DNA of 64,000 nucleotides from Candidatus Iainarchaeum sp. (GTDB lineage Archaea; Iainarchaeota; Iainarchaeia; Iainarchaeales; JAFCCW01): NCBI GenBank assembly GCA_017609985.1, contig JAFCCW010000002.1, positions 590 to 64,589 of the forward strand, read 5' to 3'. Shown piece by piece: positions 60,716 to 64,000 of this stretch (position 1 is its first letter; each line of letters starts with the position of its first letter). The notes under the pieces were generated by a model. It saw only the letters and a program-made list of their open reading frames with translations, ran no database searches and was not told where the DNA came from. The position numbers and the translations under genes were made by a program.

Positions 60716-62824
60716 ATGGCTGAAAAAATGCACGTGATTTTTTTTGTGGTTGCCCTTGCTCTGTTCACAGCCTCTGCTTTTTCTGCTTGTGATTCAGAAT
60801 TAAACCTTAGCTTTGAATCAGAATCAACTACTTTCTTTCTCCACAGCGTTAATCTCTCAGATGATTGCGTGGGAAAACAAGTTTATGTATGGCAGTCTTC
60901 TTCTTTAGAACAGTGTTTTAACAGCGATTCAAAGCCACTGGAATTTGAAGAGGGAACTGTTTTTCACGTTAAGAAAACAGGTTTTTCTCTTGAAGAAGGC
61001 TCTGTGGAAGCAATACGAGAACGTGATTCCTTTAAGATTTCCTTTGAAGGTTCGATTGATGAGGTCTGGGAACAGGCAAACAAGACAAGCAATGGCAGAA
61101 TAAACATGTGCGTCTGGATTGACTCTGATGGAGACAGTTTTTTTTCTGGAGAAGAAGCTTTCGGAAGCCAAACTCTTTCCTCTGGAGACTATTCCAAAGC
61201 AACAGAGGAAAAGAAAGAAGAATCTGAAATTAAGAAAGAAGAGCCTCCAAAAGAAGAGCCAAAAGAAGAAAAATCAGCCCAGTCAGTTCCTGAAAACCAG
61301 GAGCCTGAACAACCAGTTCCCGAGAAAAAAACCAGCACAGCAGAACCAGAAAAATATCCTGCTGAGCAGATAACTCCTGTTAACTGTGAATCTATTTTTT
61401 ATTCTGAATGCAGAACACTTGAATGTGTTCTTGCCAGACTTGATTTGAAATCAATTTGCTATCTTTTTGGAAAAGAAAATCTAAAAATAAAAGTTGCAAA
61501 GACTCCTGAGGGTTATGAAGAAGTGGGTTTTGAGAAAATAAAAATAACAAAATACAGTGTTGAGACAGAAGACCAAAAAGCAAAGATTGGCTGGGAGACG
61601 AATCGCGAAGCGCACTGCGAATTATGGGTTATGTATAAGGACTATTATGTCAAGGAACTCGAAGAAAAAAATTCTCTCTCTGAACATTCCTTCACTCTTT
61701 CCAATCTCTCACCGCGCACTTTTCTCTATCGCATTGAGTGCTTTGATGGAGAAGAGCGCGATGTCGAAGCAGGACACTTTCTAATAAAGGAAAAAGAAAA
61801 ACCAGCTTCTTCAGGAATAATCACTAGTTCTGGTACGCCCGACAGTCCAGGTGCAACTCAGGAACAAGCTGGACAAGAACCGCAGCCAACTCAACCATCT
61901 CAGCCAACCACTCCAGCTCAACCAGAACAACCAAGCAAACCTGAAACACCAGAGCCACCAAGCCCTTCGTCTCCTGAAACTCATCCAGCTTCCTCTTCAA
62001 GCACTGCTAATTTCAAGCTTGTTATAGTCAGACTATGGCAGGAGGGCGAGCAAAAAACAGATTCAAAACTTCAAGCCCTTAATTCTTCAATAAAAGGCAA
62101 TCTTGAAGGTCTTTATCTCTATACTCCGTTTGGACAGTGCAGGAATGATTTAGATGTTGTTGAAGCAATTGATTGTGTTGGAAAAAACACGGGAAATCTT
62201 GGAGCCATGACACAGCAAGAACCAGCAATAATAGATTGCATTGATTCAAAACTCAAGGGCTTCCTAAGCTCGAATTCTCAGAGTTATGGTTCCATTATTG
62301 TATTTCTTTCACCTTCTTTTGGGATAACTGATACTGCTATTGCGTCTCAGTCTTTTTCAATTTCTCAGGCAGGTGTTTCTCAAAAATCAGGCTTGATTTT
62401 TGTTGGTCACTGCACAGTCAAGTTTTTTGCAGACAGGCCGTTTTGGGCTCTTTCTCATGAACTAGGGCATATGATTGCAGATTTTTGTGATTATGATTCA
62501 AGACAGTCTTATGACCGGGGCAGGGACATAAGAGAATGTACAAACTACTGGCCACAAGATGGTTTGGAAAAAAATGTTTTTGACGAAGTAATGGGCCCAT
62601 ACTCTGGCGGAGGGTCTTGTGTGTCAAGCAAGGTAAATCCAAAAGCATGTGCTCAAGGTTGCTGTGGTCCTGTGCTTGGTAAAAGAGGTGGAGTAAAGCT
62701 TACTTCCATAATGGGTTATGGTGGTGCAAACATTTTTCCTTATGAATTCACTCCAAACGAATGGAACGTGTTTGTTGATCGCCTGCAGAAGATGGGTATT
62801 TGTATGGAGGCGAAAAAAAGATGA
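60716..62824 (+). CDS. secreted or lipid-anchored HExxH zinc metalloprotease-like protein with a Pro/Thr-rich linker
   Basis: The signal peptide with a lipobox-like end is VVALALFTASAFSAC. The protein has an acidic K/E linker and a PQPTQPSQPTTPAQPEQPSKPETPEPPSPSSPE linker (about 61840-61990). LSHELGHMI lies at 62455-62469. The start could be TTG 60710, ATG 60716 or ATG 60728. Confidence 0.75.
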   Translation: MAEKMHVIFFVVALALFTASAFSACDSELNLSFESESTTFFLHSVNLSDDCVGKQVYVWQSSSLEQCFNSDSKPLEFEEGTVFHVKKTGFSLEEGSVEAIRERDSFKISFEGSIDEVWEQANKTSNGRINMCVWIDSDGDSFFSGEEAFGSQTLSSGDYSKATEEKKEESEIKKEEPPKEEPKEEKSAQSVPENQEPEQPVPEKKTSTAEPEKYPAEQITPVNCESIFYSECRTLECVLARLDLKSICYLFGKENLKIKVAKTPEGYEEVGFEKIKITKYSVETEDQKAKIGWETNREAHCELWVMYKDYYVKELEEKNSLSEHSFTLSNLSPRTFLYRIECFDGEERDVEAGHFLIKEKEKPASSGIITSSGTPDSPGATQEQAGQEPQPTQPSQPTTPAQPEQPSKPETPEPPSPSSPETHPASSSSTANFKLVIVRLWQEGEQKTDSKLQALNSSIKGNLEGLYLYTPFGQCRNDLDVVEAIDCVGKNTGNLGAMTQQEPAIIDCIDSKLKGFLSSNSQSYGSIIVFLSPSFGITDTAIASQSFSISQAGVSQKSGLIFVGHCTVKFFADRPFWALSHELGHMIADFCDYDSRQSYDRGRDIRECTNYWPQDGLEKNVFDEVMGPYSGGGSCVSSKVNPKACAQGCCGPVLGKRGGVKLTSIMGYGGANIFPYEFTPNEWNVFVDRLQKMGICMEAKKR

Positions 62825-63393
62825 GAAAAATAGCTTTGATTATCTTTCTGTTGATGATTCCTGCTCTGGCTGGAGCTGAAAATATTATTGCAATGCATTT
62901 AGAGGTTGGACAAGAAGGCAATGCAAGACTGCTGTCTGCAGAGGTAAAGGATGATTTTGTTTTCCTTCCAGCTGATTCTGGAAATTACAAGATATCTCTT
63001 TTGGGAAAAGACAAAGAGCTTTTGTTTGCTTCACGTTTTGAACCAAACTTTTATTGGAGCACAATTGGCGAGGTTGAATATGATACTCTTTTCATCAAAA
63101 TTCCTTGGAATCCATTATTCCACTATGTCAAAGTCTATAAGGGAGATGAAGAAATTGGTTTTGAAAGCCTCTCACCGCTTATCTGTAATTCAAACATGAA
63201 GTGTGAACAGGAACAAGGAGAGAGTGAGTATCTCTGTGGACTTGAATGCTCTTCTAGCAGTGGTCAAGAGCTTGAACAGTCAGGAACAAAATCCAGTGAA
63301 GGAAGTGAAAACCCAGTCTTTTACTATGCTCTTCTATTGATTCTTGCAGTGCTAACCCTGCTGTTGTTTCGTTCAATTCGCTCCGAACAATAA
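62821..63393 (+). CDS. hypothetical secreted protein with a C-terminal TM anchor (190 aa)
   Basis: ATGA start/stop overlap with the metalloprotease gene. Signal peptide MRKIALIIFLLMIPALAGA. A Cys-rich segment is followed by the C-terminal FYYALLLILAVLTLLLFRSIR. Confidence 0.65.
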   Translation: MRKIALIIFLLMIPALAGAENIIAMHLEVGQEGNARLLSAEVKDDFVFLPADSGNYKISLLGKDKELLFASRFEPNFYWSTIGEVEYDTLFIKIPWNPLFHYVKVYKGDEEIGFESLSPLICNSNMKCEQEQGESEYLCGLECSSSSGQELEQSGTKSSEGSENPVFYYALLLILAVLTLLLFRSIRSEQ

Positions 63394-63981
63394 CCCGCCC
63401 CATTCAACAACAGTGAATCCCTGCCGTTCAGGAACTTCTTCAAACTGGGGTGGTTTTAATTCACTGTATTCTTCCAATCCTTCAAACACAAATCTAACCC
63501 TAATAACTGTGTCCGGTTCCGGCACAATCTTCATTTTTTCTATTCTGTCAATTTCTTTCCTCTTCAATAGCCTGATGTCGTAATAGTCTGATTCATTTAA
63601 TTTGCCAGTCCACCATTCAATGAATTCTTCTGCTTCCTCTCCTTCAATCCCAACCTGTGGCAGAATCCATTCAAAGAATTCATCCAGCTTCTCTTTTCTC
63701 ACAATAAAACCTTCTTCTGGAATATTGACTTGGCTCTTGTAAAACTCTGTTTCATAAAACAGGTAATCAAATTGATTATCAATCAGCCCGGACGGCTCTG
63801 CAGTAACCTTCCACCCGTCTTCAGGATAGTCCGGAATTGATTCAATCATTCTTCCAATTGTTTCAATCTTCACGCTGACTTCTTCTGTTCTTTCAGGGTA
63901 AAGATAGATAACAGGTTTTGTGTCAACTCCAAGGTCTGTTGCAGAAATAGTTGATTCATTAAAGTGTGACTTTTCAGGCAC
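63373..63981 (-). CDS. hypothetical acidic protein; the N-terminus may lie beyond the window
   Basis: The track start is GTG 63981, but the frame stays open to position 64000, so the gene may be 5'-truncated by the window edge. No motif recognised. Confidence 0.55.
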   Translation of the reverse strand: MPEKSHFNESTISATDLGVDTKPVIYLYPERTEEVSVKIETIGRMIESIPDYPEDGWKVTAEPSGLIDNQFDYLFYETEFYKSQVNIPEEGFIVRKEKLDEFFEWILPQVGIEGEEAEEFIEWWTGKLNESDYYDIRLLKRKEIDRIEKMKIVPEPDTVIRVRFVFEGLEEYSELKPPQFEEVPERQGFTVVEWGGLLFGAN

Positions 63982-64000
63982 CCATAATTCAAAACTACCG

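Noticed and set aside
1-64000. The contig being bacterial (e.g. CPR), which would make the murein hydrolases unremarkable
   Set aside because: Several features argue for an archaeon: a family B replicative polymerase, type-2 MetAP, tRNA introns at or near the anticodon loop with splice-junction context, an archaeal-type asd, and TATA-like AT boxes instead of -35/-10 promoters. A chimeric assembly cannot be excluded without reads.
1-64000. CRISPR arrays, rRNA genes, IS elements, integrases and prophage structural genes
   Set aside because: I found no regularly spaced direct repeats, no rRNA-like conserved stretches, and no transposase, integrase, capsid or terminase motifs in any long ORF.

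Overview
Tightly packed, low-GC archaeal genome segment that looks DPANN-like. Archaeal hallmarks: a family B DNA polymerase, a type-2 methionine aminopeptidase, intron-containing tRNAs, and a G-1:C73 tRNA-His. The first ~23 kb is housekeeping: PAP2 phosphatase, DEAD-box helicase, asd, rpiA-like, hisS, trkAH, HD hydrolase, MetAP2, polB. It also holds 7 tRNA genes plus one tRNA-His-like element, all on the minus strand, and a decayed LAGLIDADG endonuclease gene. The remaining ~40 kb is dominated by one co-directional minus-strand locus (23371-60455). That locus encodes four paralogous giant proteins of 2329, 2515, 2663 and 3374 aa, together 51% of the window. All four share an N-terminal motif plus TM anchor, arrays of beta-sandwich repeats, a central hydrophobic or Gly-rich segment, and a conserved C-terminal module. 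The giants are interleaved with, or followed by, a 599-aa Cys-rich protein and six small polytopic membrane proteins that I cannot place in any family. The largest giant ends in three bacterial-type peptidoglycan hydrolase domains: NlpC/P60-like, Amidase_3-like and glucosaminidase-like. A secreted HExxH metalloprotease operon is transcribed divergently from the same intergenic region. I read this as an undescribed cell-surface attachment or attack apparatus, possibly aimed at a murein-walled bacterium. All family calls rest on motif recognition by eye; no database search, tRNA scan or folding program was run. No rRNA, CRISPR array or intact mobile element was seen.
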